Source: Octopus bimaculoides (lineage: Eukaryota). From it: a stretch of 35,471 nt of DNA. The notes under the pieces are model-generated. The model was not told where the DNA came from. It made no database searches and was given only the letters and a program-made list of their open reading frames with translations. A program made the position numbers and the translations under genes. The stretch is from NCBI RefSeq assembly GCF_001194135.2, contig NC_068997.1, positions 3,347,465 through 3,382,935 on the forward strand, written 5' to 3'. Below, piece by piece: positions 10,125-23,020 of this stretch (positions are counted from its first letter, which is position 1; each line of letters opens with the position of its first letter).

Positions 10125-10770
10125 GGCATTTGGGTCATTATCGTTTTAATCAATTCTGGTAAGATTTAAATCTAAAGGGAAATAACTAATTATTACATTG
10201 TTGCATTTCATTTTAATCCGTCGGTCTACCACGGATTAGCATTGTATATGATATCCTCTAGAAGGAAGAGGAATCGCTGAATCTGCAGAACAACAGAGTA
10301 AAACTTCTCGAATATTCAATTTAATTTTGTCTCTTCTGTTTTTTTTTACTTATTAGTTGAAACCTTACTGAGGTCACTATCTTTCATCTTCCTGAGATCG
10401 GCCAAATAAATACCAATTATATATTGGGTTCGATTAAATCGACATTAGCTCTTCTCCACATAAATTTGGACGTTCAATAAATGAAGTTAAAAATAATTAT
10501 CACTTTTAAATTTTGGGACAACGTCAGTATGTTTGTCTGACTTACTAAAAATAACAGCAATTCCTATCATAGAGAATTCTGCAGGCTAAAAAAAAAACGA
10601 AAAAAAAAAAACGATTTCGTACGTTCAGTTTTTCATGATGTATTATCTCTGAATAAAAAGCAAATGATGTGTTGGTCACCACTAGTATATTGTTCATCTC
10701 GATCAAGATCTACTCGATCAAACCTGACTTGGGGCTAAACTACAATTTCAAAATTATATCAGCACCATCA

Positions 10771-10799
10771 ACTACTACTACTACTACTACTGTTGATTC

Positions 10800-10835
<36 letters not shown>

Positions 10836-10862
10836 CGGCAGCAGCGGCAGCAGCAGCAGTAA
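10771..10862. repeat. (ACT)n facing (AGT)n/(AGC)n trinucleotide tracts
   Basis: Directly visible; the first two tracts are mutually complementary. Confidence 0.9.
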
Positions 10863-11358
10863 CATCAGATAAGATAACATAAGACAGTTCACCGGATTTC
10901 ATAACAATCAACAAGCATTGAATAAGCGCCGCCTTGCTGTGATTAATATCATATTTTGGGTCTGCCAGTAACACGATCGAATCTCGCTGTGACATTTGAG
11001 ACGTGGTTTAAGTTTAATTACTGCAGTGGCTGCTGTTAGTGAAGTGTGACTAAAATACTGTGAAGCCGTCTTTCATGTGACTATGTGACTAGATTGTTCT
11101 TAGCTAATTTCGGTGAGAAATTTAGACAAAAGATAAGAGCAAACTTAAGCCACCATATCGGATACAGGTAGGCATTATACAAGGCCAGACATTTCAGGAT
11201 ACGAACAATAAGGAATATAAATTATCCACTGTATAACAAAGATCTGCATACTATTTACAAGATGTAGGAAATATCTACATACTATATAGTGAATGTTGGA
11301 GGTATACAATACATAGGAGAGGTCTACATATGATATACACTATATGAGAGAGATGTAC

Positions 11359-11405
<47 letters not shown>

Positions 11406-11440
11406 CACATATACACAATATAGGTCAGATCGATGTACCA

Positions 11441-11930
11441 CACGGGGTGTTCGGACAAAAATTGATTGTTGTCATAAAAGGTAAAGAATACACAATATCA
11501 CATCCCAAAATGAAAGTATTTAAAAAAGAATAATCAACTAGATTATGGCTGGAGATTAGTAGCCGACCTGAGCCGCCACCAAGGACTCAAGACGGCTCCA
11601 GCGTCTGGCGCATGCGTTCCTCACTGTATCTCTAGGAAGATATTCGAGCATCTCCTTGATCTTGGCCACCAGTCCGGCCTTGGTAATGCAGGCAAAGCAC
11701 TTGGTGCCTTTTTACGACCGCACCCCACATTTAGTAACCTACTTGATTAAAATCGTGGGAATTAGGAGGCCAGAATTTGGGTCGAAGAAATTCTCTGACA
11801 AAAACTGCTGACTCTTTCTGGAGGCATGGCAGGGAAACGCATCCTATTGCTACACACAGGCTTCCAGCAGCAACTCTCGCCAGCCAGGGGTTGACCACAG
11901 TCTGCAGCAGATTCACACAACAGAGTTGTA
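11441..11930 (-). mobile_element. DD37D/maT-type Tc1/mariner transposase 3' fragment with TIR
   Basis: LLQTVVNPWLARVAAG...FWPPNSHDFNQVGY*MWGAV, terminal CACGGGGTGTTCGGACAAAA. Same family type as 30214-30755. Confidence 0.8.
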
Positions 11931-12527
11931 AATTGAGCCTAAGGCCCTATTCAAATGTGTGTTCCGTTCTGCTGGTCACGGCTTTGTAGTCTCCATTGCT
12001 ACTGTCCATACAGTATTTACAGAGTATTGAGCAGTAGTCATGACGACGCCATTTTGACAGCCGGCGCAAATTATCATGTCACAAGTAACTCTTTTCGAAT
12101 ATCTAAATGGCTTCAACCTCAGCCGAATTATTCTCAACTATAAACTTTAATCTTTATGATGTCCAACGCTATTGGCTGTTCACCAATTCATCAAGCTGTT
12201 CCTGAAGAAAAGAGACATAAGAACATCGTCAAGTTCCAAATACTGTATACTCTATATTAGAGAGATCTTACTGTGTACGTATAGGTATCACTAACCTGTG
12301 CGTATATAGTATATAGAGCTCTCCTTGTTTGTAGTTTATTTTAGATATATAGCAATTGTTTAGATAAGTTTCTTTGGATGAAAGTTTGCAATTTATTTAT
12401 CAATAGAATTACTTAATATATTAAAGTCTACCTAACTGTAGATTCCATAATGCTGATCTTGAACAGACAATCTAACTATTAAATGCCTAGATTACCTAGC
12501 TATGCGTTGACACCACAGAGTGATATA

Positions 12528-12752
12528 CAGTAATCCCTCGCCCTATTACGGTTCACCTATCGCCGTTTATTATTTAAGCTTACGTCGATTCCTCCGTGGC
12601 GTTGTTTTGCATTCACAATAAAATGAATATATAAAAATTATAAAAATAATTTTAAAAAATATATGCACTACAGTACTGTTTCTAGTTCGCGGATTTTCAT
12701 CTATCGCGGGGTGTTTTGGAACGTAACACCCGCGATAGTAGAGGGATTGCTG
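12528..12752. mobile_element. Tigger/pogo-like MITE with TA target-site duplication
   Basis: TA-CAGTAATCCCTCG...AGAGGGATTGCTG-TA; 225 bp, no ORF. Confidence 0.85.
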
Positions 12753-13610
12753 TAGCTCCCTGTATTTTATCCATGATCAAAACACTTAACTGTAAGCACT
12801 CCATTCTATATCGGTACCACACTATATTGTAGTTCTCTGTAAAATGTCCTTAAGAAAGACACTTTAATTTCAGGCTATATAGCTGTATGTAGGAACTACG
12901 GTGTGGTTGAGTTTGTGACAGTGTGTATACGACCAAGAGAGTTAACTGTCAAGAGCCCAGTCTATCTAGCTGCAAGTAGGTACCACAATATAATATAATC
13001 GGGTGCACTACAGCTCAGCAAGTAAAAACTCAACAAGAAACATTTTAGCAAGTATCACAACTTAGCAAACACTAACATTCACACATACACCCATCTGGAC
13101 ACATACACACTCACACATATATAAACACACATATACAATACTCACACATATACACAAATGCATATATATATACACACATATAAACACATATATACATATA
13201 TATATATACACACACAAACACACACATATATGTATGTAAATATAAGATCCAAGAATCGAGGTGTAGGAAGAAAGTTAACTTCAAGCAATCCCTAGTAAAT
13301 ATTAAAAAAAAAAAAAAAACTTTCATGGACAATTGTGGTTTATTGAGACGGAAGGTTGTGCATTTTTTCGTGCCGAAGTATGATAAACTGAAAAAAATCT
13401 CTTACTGTGCTCTCTATACATTCTGATCGATATTTCCATGTGTTAACAAGTACCTCCTTGCGACAATATAAGCCTTCATTCAATCAAGATATGTTTGGTC
13501 GGACGAGTAGCATGCGGTATAGACCTTGCTTGGATATGTACGACTTCCGAGGTTCCGCTCGCTATGAAACATATGTAGCCCAGATCTTATCTTCTCCATT
13601 CCTTAACTCT

Positions 13611-13641
<31 letters not shown>

Positions 13642-14346
13642 GTGGGCGGGGGTGTACATACATAAATACATACATACATATATATAGATTTATACATATA
13701 TATATATGCATGTACATCTATATATGCATATATNNNNNNNNNNNNNNNNNNNNNNNNNNNNNNNNNNNNNNNNNNNNNNNNNNNNNNNNNNNNNNNNNNN
13801 NNNNNNNNNNNNNNNNNNNNNNNNNNNNNNNNNNNNNNNNNNNNNNNNNNNNNNNNNNNNNNNNNNNNNNNNNNNNNNNNNNNNNNNNNNNNNNNNNNNN
13901 NNNNNNNNNNNNNNNNNNNNNNNNNNNNNNNNNNNNNNNNNNNNNNNNNNNNNNNNNNNNNNNNNNNNNNNNNNNNNNNNNNNNNNNNNNNNNNNNNNNN
14001 NNNNNNNNNNNNNNNNNNNNNNNNNNNNNNNNNNNNNNNNNNNNNNNNNNNNNNNNNNNNNNNNNNNNNNNNNNNNNNNNNNNNNNNNNNNNNNNNNNNN
14101 NNNNNNNNNNNNNNNNNNNNNNNNNNNNNNNNNNNNNNNNNNNNNNNNNNNNNNNNNNNNNNNNNNNNNNNNNNNNNNNNNNNNNNNNNNNNNNNNNNNN
14201 NNNNNNNNNNNNNNNNNNNNNNNNNNNNNNNNNNNNNNNNNNNNNNNNNNNNNNNNNNNNNNNNNNNNNNNNNNNNNNNNNNNNNNNNNNNNNNNNNNNN
14301 NNNNNNNNNNNNNNNNNNNNNNNNNNNNNNNNNNNNNNNNNNNNNN

Positions 14347-14378
<32 letters not shown>

Positions 14379-15168
14379 AAACACACACACACACACACAT
14401 ACACACACACACACACATACACACACACACACACATACACGCACACACACACAGACTTCGTACTTGCTAAGTCGTGGCACTAGTTGGGTTTTTACCTGCT
14501 GAGTGAGGCTGTAGTCAATATAATTAGCTGCTATATACAGCGATTGTATTGCGGAATTGGCAAGTCATCTGTAGTGTTTCTGTGCGAATTTAACCTCAAA
14601 GTTGCTGGTTCACTGCAATGTTCCTATGAACACGACACTTAACAATCAGCAGTCCAGTCTATCTAGTTGTATAGGAAGTGTTTGTGTATTATTGTATAGT
14701 TTACTGTACACTCTCCAAAAGCACTTTCATTGCAACAGTACAGTCTCCCTAACTGTAAGTAGGTACCAGAGGGTGGTGTAGTTCATTGTACAGTGTCCAA
14801 GACCAAGTCTCTTCACTGTCAAGAGAACAGTCTATTTAGCTATATATAGGCTTTACAGTATAATATAATTAACTGCTGTATGCAACGATAATCTTTGCGA
14901 AACTGGCAAGTTATCTGTGTGAAGAGAAGTTAAAATCATCTTGTATGAAAATCAGTTTTCGAGATACTAGCATCCGCTTCCGCTAAACAATTTATCGTTT
15001 ATTTCATACTAAAAAGCTATTTTAGCCACCCCAAAAGATTAAGAAAATTTTGTGATGGGTTAATTTAGCTCACATCTCCTCAGTTATATGAAACTATATA
15101 TGCATTTATATACAAATAAATCGAACGTGTATTCAGTACATTCGTTACATAATCGAGTTTGCTATATG

Positions 15169-15228
<60 letters not shown>

Positions 15229-15229
15229 T

Positions 15230-15261
<32 letters not shown>

Positions 15262-15443
15262 TATGTATGTACGTACGTATGTATGTATGCATGTATGTGT
15301 GTTTGTGTACATGTGCGTATGTACATACATACGTACTATATATATAATACACATACAGAGTACACAGATGCACGCAATTATTTATACGTATAAGTGTGTG
15401 TATATCTAAATATATATAAGAGCGTTTGTGTGTTTGTGTTTGT

Positions 15444-15499
<56 letters not shown>

Positions 15500-16944
15500 A
15501 GAATATACCACATTAACAAAGACGTAGGTTTTCAGTTACTTAACATAGCCTCTACTAAAATGTAATCATACCTGGTCATTGCGCCACCAATATGATATGT
15601 CGCATTAATATGCCATAAATTTTTACCATAATTACCCCAGGCCCGAAATATGTGAATACTAGTTGCTATAAAGTATAGAATTACCGAAAATTGAATTAAA
15701 AACATATGAAACAAAATAAAGACCGAAGAAAAGCAGTGAAAAAAGAATATTATGCAACACCTATATTTATTGCTTTAAGAAATATCTTGAAGCTTACCTG
15801 TAGATTTGTCTGACAGCTAATAAATTTTGTCAGTGATATAAGTATCAGCCAGAAGCACTTTAAAAAAGAAATTTTAATATATTTATGAGAACAATGGTGA
15901 TGGAGGAACTAGCGGAGAAGAACGCTAGATAAAATGTCAAAATGCCCAAAATTCCAAAGTACCATGCTGTGTGTAGTTACGCCATTGTTTTCTGTCTGGG
16001 TTCAAATCATCTCTCGTATGAGGCGATTTGCATCACTGCATTTAGTAGTCAGGCTCCAGTTGGGGAGTTTAGAGGTTTTAGGGAGTCTGGAGTTACCTAT
16101 TAGTCATCCAAACCCTTGCCTGTAGTGGTAATACTCGTTAAAGGCCATACTTACTGGTCAAATAACAGAAGATAATCTAGTGGCTAATACATGCAGAACT
16201 TGGGGACGGCTGACCCCCAAGCATATGGCACGCAGGATTACTTGTGTGTTAACATTCTTTCATGGCACATGAATCAGTATCTCTTGCTAAAGGTTAAAAT
16301 AGACCCTGTGCCTCAAGGGTAAAATTTGTAGAACAAGAGAGTAGCAGAATAAGCTGTAAATAAACTGGTAGGATGTAATGGGGGAAAACATTGCTAGAAA
16401 TATATTTTCAGTCTTTGTTATGGAGATCTTTGATCGGAGGCACCTAAGCACTGCACTCGAAGAAACACAGATAGGAGTCACAGAATAAGTCAAATCCCGT
16501 CAGAGTCAAGAATTCAAGGAACACCGAGACTCAGTTTGGCTTTCACCCTTTCAAGGTCACTAAAGAAAATAGCAATCGGGAGTTGTTGTGGGATGACAGT
16601 ATTATCAGAATGTCAAGTAACTTGTGGTGCTTGTTCAAGTTCTAAGTCCTTGGAGGGTAGACTTAATTCGTCGTTCTGTTTAATGCCATCACCTGCTCCT
16701 TCGATTTTTTAGCAGAGTAGATTTAACTGAGTAACAACAATTAGGACAAGATTTCCAGTTTACGGACAGCATCTTGTCTTTCTTCCATAAGTCTCAAGAC
16801 AAAATGTCTTTTGCACTGACCTTCCATTATTCACAAACCGCTAAAATGTAATCATAAATAATTGTTATGAGATATTAATTAAGAAAATTAGAGCTGGCCG
16901 ACGCTTAAATTTACATCTACCTTGCAGGTGTTGCTGTTTATAAG

Positions 16945-17395
16945 CACAGGTTTGATTGTACAGTTAAGAAGCTTGCTTCCAATCCGTATGAGGTTGGGTC
17001 CGTCCCCACTGCTTGGGGTCGACCAAAGCTTTGTGAGTGTATTCGGTTGAAGGAAACTGTGACCCGCGACACACACACACACACACACACACACGCACGC
17101 ACACACACACACACACACATACACACACAAACACACACACACACACATACACACAAACACACACACACACATACATAAAGTATTTGTGTTTGTGCATAAG
17201 TCTGTGACTGTTTTGTCGGTCCCAAACACTGTTTGACAACCAGTGTTAGCTTGTTTACGTTCGCGTAACTAAGCGATTCATAAAAGAGAGCCGATAGCAA
17301 ATAAGTACCACGTTTTAAAAATATGTACTGGTATCGATTTGACCTAGCATGGACGCAGTCCAATGAGTGAAATATGTTAAAGACAAATGATCTAC
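16945..17395 (+). mobile_element. Family A SINE, degenerate head, (CA)n spacer, tail
   Basis: AAGAAGCTTGCTTCCAA...GACCAAAGCTTTGTGAGTG...GGAAACTG, then TTTGACAACCAGTGTT...TGTTTACGT...CGATAGCAAATAAGTACC...AGCATGGACGCAGTC. Confidence 0.8.
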
Positions 17396-17706
17396 AATAA
17401 AGGCTCTATGACACAATTCTTTATGTTTGACGTCGTATATTTTCTGTATGGACAAAGAGAAACTGCACGAAGAAGTTAACAGTCCGAAAAAAAGTATTTC
17501 AAGCTTGTGCTATTCTGACAACGGACGTCGATGATAGTAGCTCGATGTGGTGGTCATTTTCATTATTCCCTAAGTGATTGAGTATTCCGCAAGTTAGACC
17601 TTTGAAATGTGTTATCCAGAAGGAAGTGTTTGTGTGCGTGTGTGTGCGTGAGAGAGAGAGAGAGAGAGAGGGGTGGAGTGAGGGAGGAAAAGACAGAGAC
17701 AGAGAC

Positions 17707-17758
<52 letters not shown>

Positions 17759-17769
17759 GGAGACAGACA

Positions 17770-17922
17770 GACGCGCAGTACTGGAAGGTACTTTATTGAT
17801 TCTGGAAAATAAAAAAATAGAACCGGCTTCGGTAGAATTTAAACTTAGAGTGCAGAGAATTGGAATGAGCCCCGCAAAGCGTTCTACCCGCCTTTTTACC
17901 GACTCTGCCTGCCGATTCGCCA
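17770..17922 (-). mobile_element. Family B SINE, degenerate
   Basis: CAGTACTGGAAGGTACTTTATTGA...GGTAGAATTTAAACTTAGA...CGACTCTGCCTGCCGATTCGCC, similar to 5706 and 9437. Confidence 0.6.
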
Positions 17923-17936
17923 TCTTTTCGTTCCCT

Positions 17937-17974
<38 letters not shown>

Positions 17975-17984
17975 NNNNNNNNNN

Positions 17985-18017
<33 letters not shown>

Positions 18018-18954
18018 CTCTATCTATCTATCTACCTATCTTTGGAATCTATCAATTTAGCTATCTATTTGATTAATTTCTTCTGCCAAACTATGGAAAT
18101 AAGAAATGAGAACTGTCAAACTCAACCGTATTGCACCATTAGCTAAGATTTCTATTCTTATCTTCATGTTTCTTTCTCACTAGACACAAAGGGTATATAT
18201 TTTAAAGATGAAATAGAAGCTGTGATAGTCATGCCTTTCCTTAGAATTTTCGAAGTACAAGTGACTTGAACTGTCAGACAAACTCAAGAATATTAACATC
18301 ATATTTAAATCTATTCTCCATTTCTACGTAATTCATCCCAAACACACAAGTCATCCTAACTTATGCTTTCTACACTCTGCTTCCACAGCCATTCCGATCA
18401 TACCTGAATCATTGACGTTTCTCATATTTAAAAGGGATGACAATTTCTCCACGATTCTGTAATCCATAGTCAAGATGTTCTTGTAGATGGCACATGTTTT
18501 CTACGACCATAATCGGTTCGAAATTACAATCCCATGCTACCCAAAACTAGAACTGTACCCCTGCCGACCTTATGATTCATCCAGCTAGCAGGGGAGTCCT
18601 ACGTGGTCAGTTGAATGCTATAAATAGCTGCGAAATCTTTCTCAAATTAAACCTCTAACTTCCCCCAAATAATGGGCGCATAGAAAAAAAGAAAAAAAAA
18701 CAGAATGGTCATGGTTGAAATACTTTTGATCATAGGTCTACATGGTCAGGGTTGTTCTGGAGCTAAACAACATGAACAATGTGTTTGCCCAATTTAGAAT
18801 TTCTTCCCTCTCACTCATAATTGTCCTTCACATTCTTACAAGCCTTTTTTTCCCTCCCAACGTCATCTTAAACATTTATAAATTCCTCTCTGTCTCTGGA
18901 TTAGGTTTTCTGCTCGAAACATCGTTATTCATGCGCCTTCTCCGCACAGTACAT

Positions 18955-19104
18955 GAAGAAGAAGAAGAAGAAGAAGAAGAAGAAGAAGAAGAAGAAGAAG
19001 AAGAAGAAGAAGAAGAAGAAGAAGAAGAAGAAGAAGAAGAAGAAGAAGAAGAAGAAGAAGAAGAAGAAGAAGAAGAAGAAGAAGAAGAAGAAGAAGAAGA
19101 AGAA
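18955..19104. repeat. Perfect (GAA)50 trinucleotide repeat
   Basis: 150 bp uninterrupted GAA. Confidence 0.98.
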
Positions 19105-19105
19105 G

Positions 19106-19190
19106 ATTTGAACTCGGAAAGACGAGAACCAGAATAACAAATACGGCTCAGTATTGCATCTTACCTTCAAACGACTGGTGCCAATATCTG
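19106..19190 (-). mobile_element. Family B SINE head fragment
   Basis: ATTTGAACTCGGAAAG...AACAAATACGGCTCAGTATT, similar to 9437. Confidence 0.5.
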
Positions 19191-19538
19191 CCATTAATAT
19201 TTCCGCTGGAATGTTGAAAAAGACGTAATTTATTGTTGATTCAGTTGAGATTCGAACTAAAGAGAAGAAAGCCATTTTGATTTCTCAACCTATCACGAGC
19301 TTGGTACCATGTAGCAGAAGGTGGCGTCAATTTCATTCACATGTCCATAAAGGAGACTCTCCATGTGAACACACAAAACGACAAGAATAGCAACCAAAGA
19401 CAAAACGATTGAGACAGTCATGGCTGGAAGAAAATTGTTAGTCTTCTTCCAAAAGTTTAAACACTTTATACCAATGAATAGAGTTGAATGAGTGTAACTC
19501 ATACATACATACACACATACATATGCATATATATATAA

Positions 19539-19583
<45 letters not shown>

Positions 19584-19849
19584 AATAATTTTACAAAACT
19601 ATGTAATATAGAAAGAGGTGTAAACGTAGATATAAAATATAAGATATATGTATGTGTCTAACTCTCTCTCTCCATCTCTGTCTTTCTTTCTCTCTCTTTC
19701 TCTCTCGATCTATCTATCTGTATGCTCGTCTGTCTATTTATCACTCTATTTGTTTATCTACCTGTGTATCTATTTATCAACCTATCTATCTGCATGTATA
19801 TATATGAATAAAGAGTGGGAGAGGAGGAGAAGGAAATAGATTCATACGT

Positions 19850-19917
<68 letters not shown>

Positions 19918-20889
19918 ACACACACACGTGCGCGCGCTCACAGAAACGCACGCACATATACAAACATTTAAACACACACACACACACACACACGTGTACA
20001 AAAATTTAAATAAATGTACGCCAACGCCCAAATCTTTTTCTTCTTTTCCTCTCTCTCCGGCTGAAACCAGAGAAGTTAAGTTTTAGTCAGACATTTGTCT
20101 ATAAACCACCACCAGCTCCACCACACACTACCATCCCCACTATCAAACATACATTACAAGGCTGGTAATCTTAAACTGTTGGCCTCGCAAATTCTCATAA
20201 AAATCCTGTGGCCTGAATTAGCCAAGCTTTCTACAGATGAAGACGCATACACTACTACAGAAGGGGATTTGTCTCAATGCTAGGCCCTGGGATCAACCTC
20301 CAGAAATTCACATGTCATTTATTTATTGCAGGTGTCTGTGTTGAAGGGACCAGGAAGTTCTGGGTAGACCAGATGCCTACCTGTTGTTTAGTTTACCCTA
20401 TTTCACTCCAGACGCGAAGGGCAACGCTTATTGTAATTTATCTGGCTAAAAATAGCAGCCAAATCACGCTCAAATGTCAAGTGAAATTCGTTTTCTTGTT
20501 GTTTCGTTTTTAAGGAACGCTAGATCAGTTACTGTTCTACACACACACACACCTGTCTCTAAGTAGACATTTGATCTGGAAGAAATAGCAGCACAGGTCT
20601 CACAAATCACATCCAAACATTGTTAAACAGGAAGAACGTTATATTGCTATGAAAATTTATACACCTAAGTAGTCGATTAACATGCTAGAAAGAACAGCCA
20701 TATCTCGCCCTCAAGATATACTATTGCCTTAAGTAAAATCGAAAGACATTTTCAATAGACACACACACATATACATACATACAGACAGACAGACATGCAT
20801 ACTTTGACAGGCACACACATTTATATTTATATGTGTGTGTCTGTCTGTGTATGTGTGTGTATGTGTGTGTGTGTGTGTGGAGAGAGAGC

Positions 20890-20923
<34 letters not shown>

Positions 20924-21025
20924 TGCAAATCGAAAATAAAAACCTGGAAAAACAACGGAAGATGTAGACTGTGAATATATTAGACTGACGCTCGGTGAAA
21001 GTTTTACATGGAAAAGTAGGTGAGG

Positions 21026-21060
21026 AAATGACGTTTCGAGCATGGATCTTCGTCAGAAAG
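21026..21060 (-). ncRNA. Degenerate minimal hammerhead motif (core intact, stem I lost)
   Basis: CUUU-CUGACGA-A-GAUC-CAU-GCUC-GAAA-CGU-C-AUUU: palindromic ACGU stem III with a GUC site, 3 of 4 bp in stem II; downstream of the PLE ORF on the same strand. Confidence 0.6.
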
Positions 21061-21189
21061 AGGAACAAGTCCAGAGAGGAGTAAAATGAGGAAGGAGAAG
21101 ATAATTAGGAGCAAAGAACGTGTTTACATGGTTAAAAAATAAGTGACCGGAAGTTGAAGAGAGATGGAGAATGTGGTTTTATGAAGACA

Positions 21190-21299
21190 CCACGGTGCAA
21201 AAGTGACCATTGTGAGTGTGTGTGTATGGGGGTGGGGAAGACGGTACTGTGTGTGAATTGTATTTGTGTATATATGTTTTCATGTGTTTGTGTGTTTGT

Positions 21300-21356
<57 letters not shown>

Positions 21357-21780
21357 AGAGACGAGTAACACGTTTGTTCATCACGGAGTGTTGTGTGGGA
21401 TCGTAGTATATGTATGCGTGTGTATTTTTATTTATGTGAGTGAGTAAATGTGTGCGCGTGTGTGTATGCGTGTGTGTATGCGTGTGTGTATGTGTGAATC
21501 TAACAGGTTAATAGTAGGTGGGTCTCGCAGTCGACGGATGTGGGGTCGAAAGCCTAGGTCATGTGTGTGAGTGCGTGTCACTGTGTGAACGTATGTGTTT
21601 GTGTGTGCGTATGCATGTAGTGAGCGCGTGTTTATGACGTGTGTATGCGTGTTTGTGTGAATGTGTTTGTGTGTGTGCACGAATGTGTTTGCGTATGAGT
21701 GTGTGTGTGTGCGCGTGTGTGTGTGTGCGTGTGTGTGTGTGCGCGTGTGTGTGTGCGTGTGTGTGTGTGTTTGTGCGCAC
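21190..21780. repeat. Complex TG-rich microsatellite region
   Basis: Directly visible mixed (TG)n/(TGTA)n/(TGCG)n. Confidence 0.9.
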
Positions 21781-22550
21781 CAGATATGTATGTTGTGTTG
21801 AGTTATTGTAAGTTGTGTATGTGGTTCTGTGGAAGTTAAATAGAGAGAGAGAGAAAAGAGGGGAACAACAGAGGACTGGAGAATGTGAGGAAAAGAAAGC
21901 TGGAAGCTGTTACAAGAAGGAGAGTTGAGTCCAAATGGTATATGAGTTCGTAGTGTAAAAATGTACAGTTGCTCCTGGCGAAGTCTGGTCGTGGTGGTTC
22001 CATAGTGTAAAGCTTGACAAAAGACAGTGAGGTGTTCGGGGAAGTGGTTGGTCGAGCATAAATGATGGGCAACAGGGTAATTATTTTGGAAGCAGATATC
22101 TCGTCAATGTTCTATAAATCTATTGGCTAGACGGCAACAAGACTGTCCGACATAAAATGCCACCACAAAGGGTACAGTGGAGGCTATAGATAATGTTAGA
22201 GGAGATAAGGGAGAAGGAGTCGTGTGAATAGTGTCTTGGTTGGTTCCAGTGAGGGTGGTAGCGTTGATGATGGACGGACAGTTGTAGCACAGGGGTCTGG
22301 AGCAAGTAAATGATCTCTGGTCCAGAATGGGTAAGAGTGAGGAAGGGGTGGAACTTTGGACCAATAGATCACGTAGCTTACGAACGCGTTTGAAGGCGGG
22401 TGAGTTTAGATAGGAGAAGACGGAAAGCCAGTAGGGCTGAGGTCCGACCAACTTGCCGGGCACGGGTAATGGCAGAATGGACAAGGGTTGAGATACATAC
22501 ACAAATTCTTCTTTATGTGCGCATAGAAGCATAAATATGACTGCATTATA

Positions 22551-22600
<50 letters not shown>

Positions 22601-23020
22601 NNNNNNNNNNNNNNNNNNNNNNNNNNNNNNNNNNNNNNNNNNNNNNNNNNNNNNNNNNNNNNNNNNNNNNNNNNNNNNNNNNNNNNNNNNNNNNNNNNNN
22701 NNNNNNNNNNNNNNNNNNNNNNNNNNNNNNNNNNNNNNNNNNNNNNNNNNNNNNNNNNNNNNNNNNNNNNNNNNNNNNNNNNNNNNNNNNNNNNNNNNNN
22801 NNNNNNNNNNNNNNNNNNNNNNNNNNNNNNNNNNNNNNNNNNNNNNNNNNNNNNNNNNNNNNNNNNNNNNNNNNNNNNNNNNNNNNNNNNNNNNNNNNNN
22901 NNNNNNNNNNNNNNNNNNNNNNNNNNNNNNNNNNNNNNNNNNNNNNNNNNNNNNNNNNNNNNNNNNNNNNNNNNNNNNNNNNNNNNNNNNNNNNNNNNNN
23001 NNNNNNNNNNNNNNNNNNNN

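Larger units (their letters stand above)
20950..22530 (-). mobile_element. Penelope-like element 3' part: Cys-rich linker and GIY-YIG endonuclease (21920-22530), microsatellite-invaded 3' region, terminal hammerhead
   Basis: AFKRVRKLRDLLVQS...FTCSRPLCYNCPSI, shifted frame SSNIIYSLHCTLCG, FYVGQSCCRLANRFIEH*RDI...PVAHHLCSTNH...RLRQEQLYIFTLRTHIPFGLN: a typical Neptune-type PLE endonuclease with frameshifts and a stop. Confidence 0.85.

Noticed and set aside
13407-13600. Open complex-sequence frame before a microsatellite
   Set aside because: No recognisable domain in any frame and no clear splice sites.
16290-16760. GC-richer stretch possibly derived from a LINE (DSDGI resembling GPDGI)
   Set aside because: Too degenerate to assign; no second motif in register.
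18890-18930. GCTCGAAACATCG resembling the second half of a PLE hammerhead
   Set aside because: The upstream CUGANGA box is not recognisable (CTGGATTA) and there is no stem I.
18742-19137. Poly-Glu ORF
   Set aside because: Produced by the (GAA)50 tract; the flanking residues resemble no protein.
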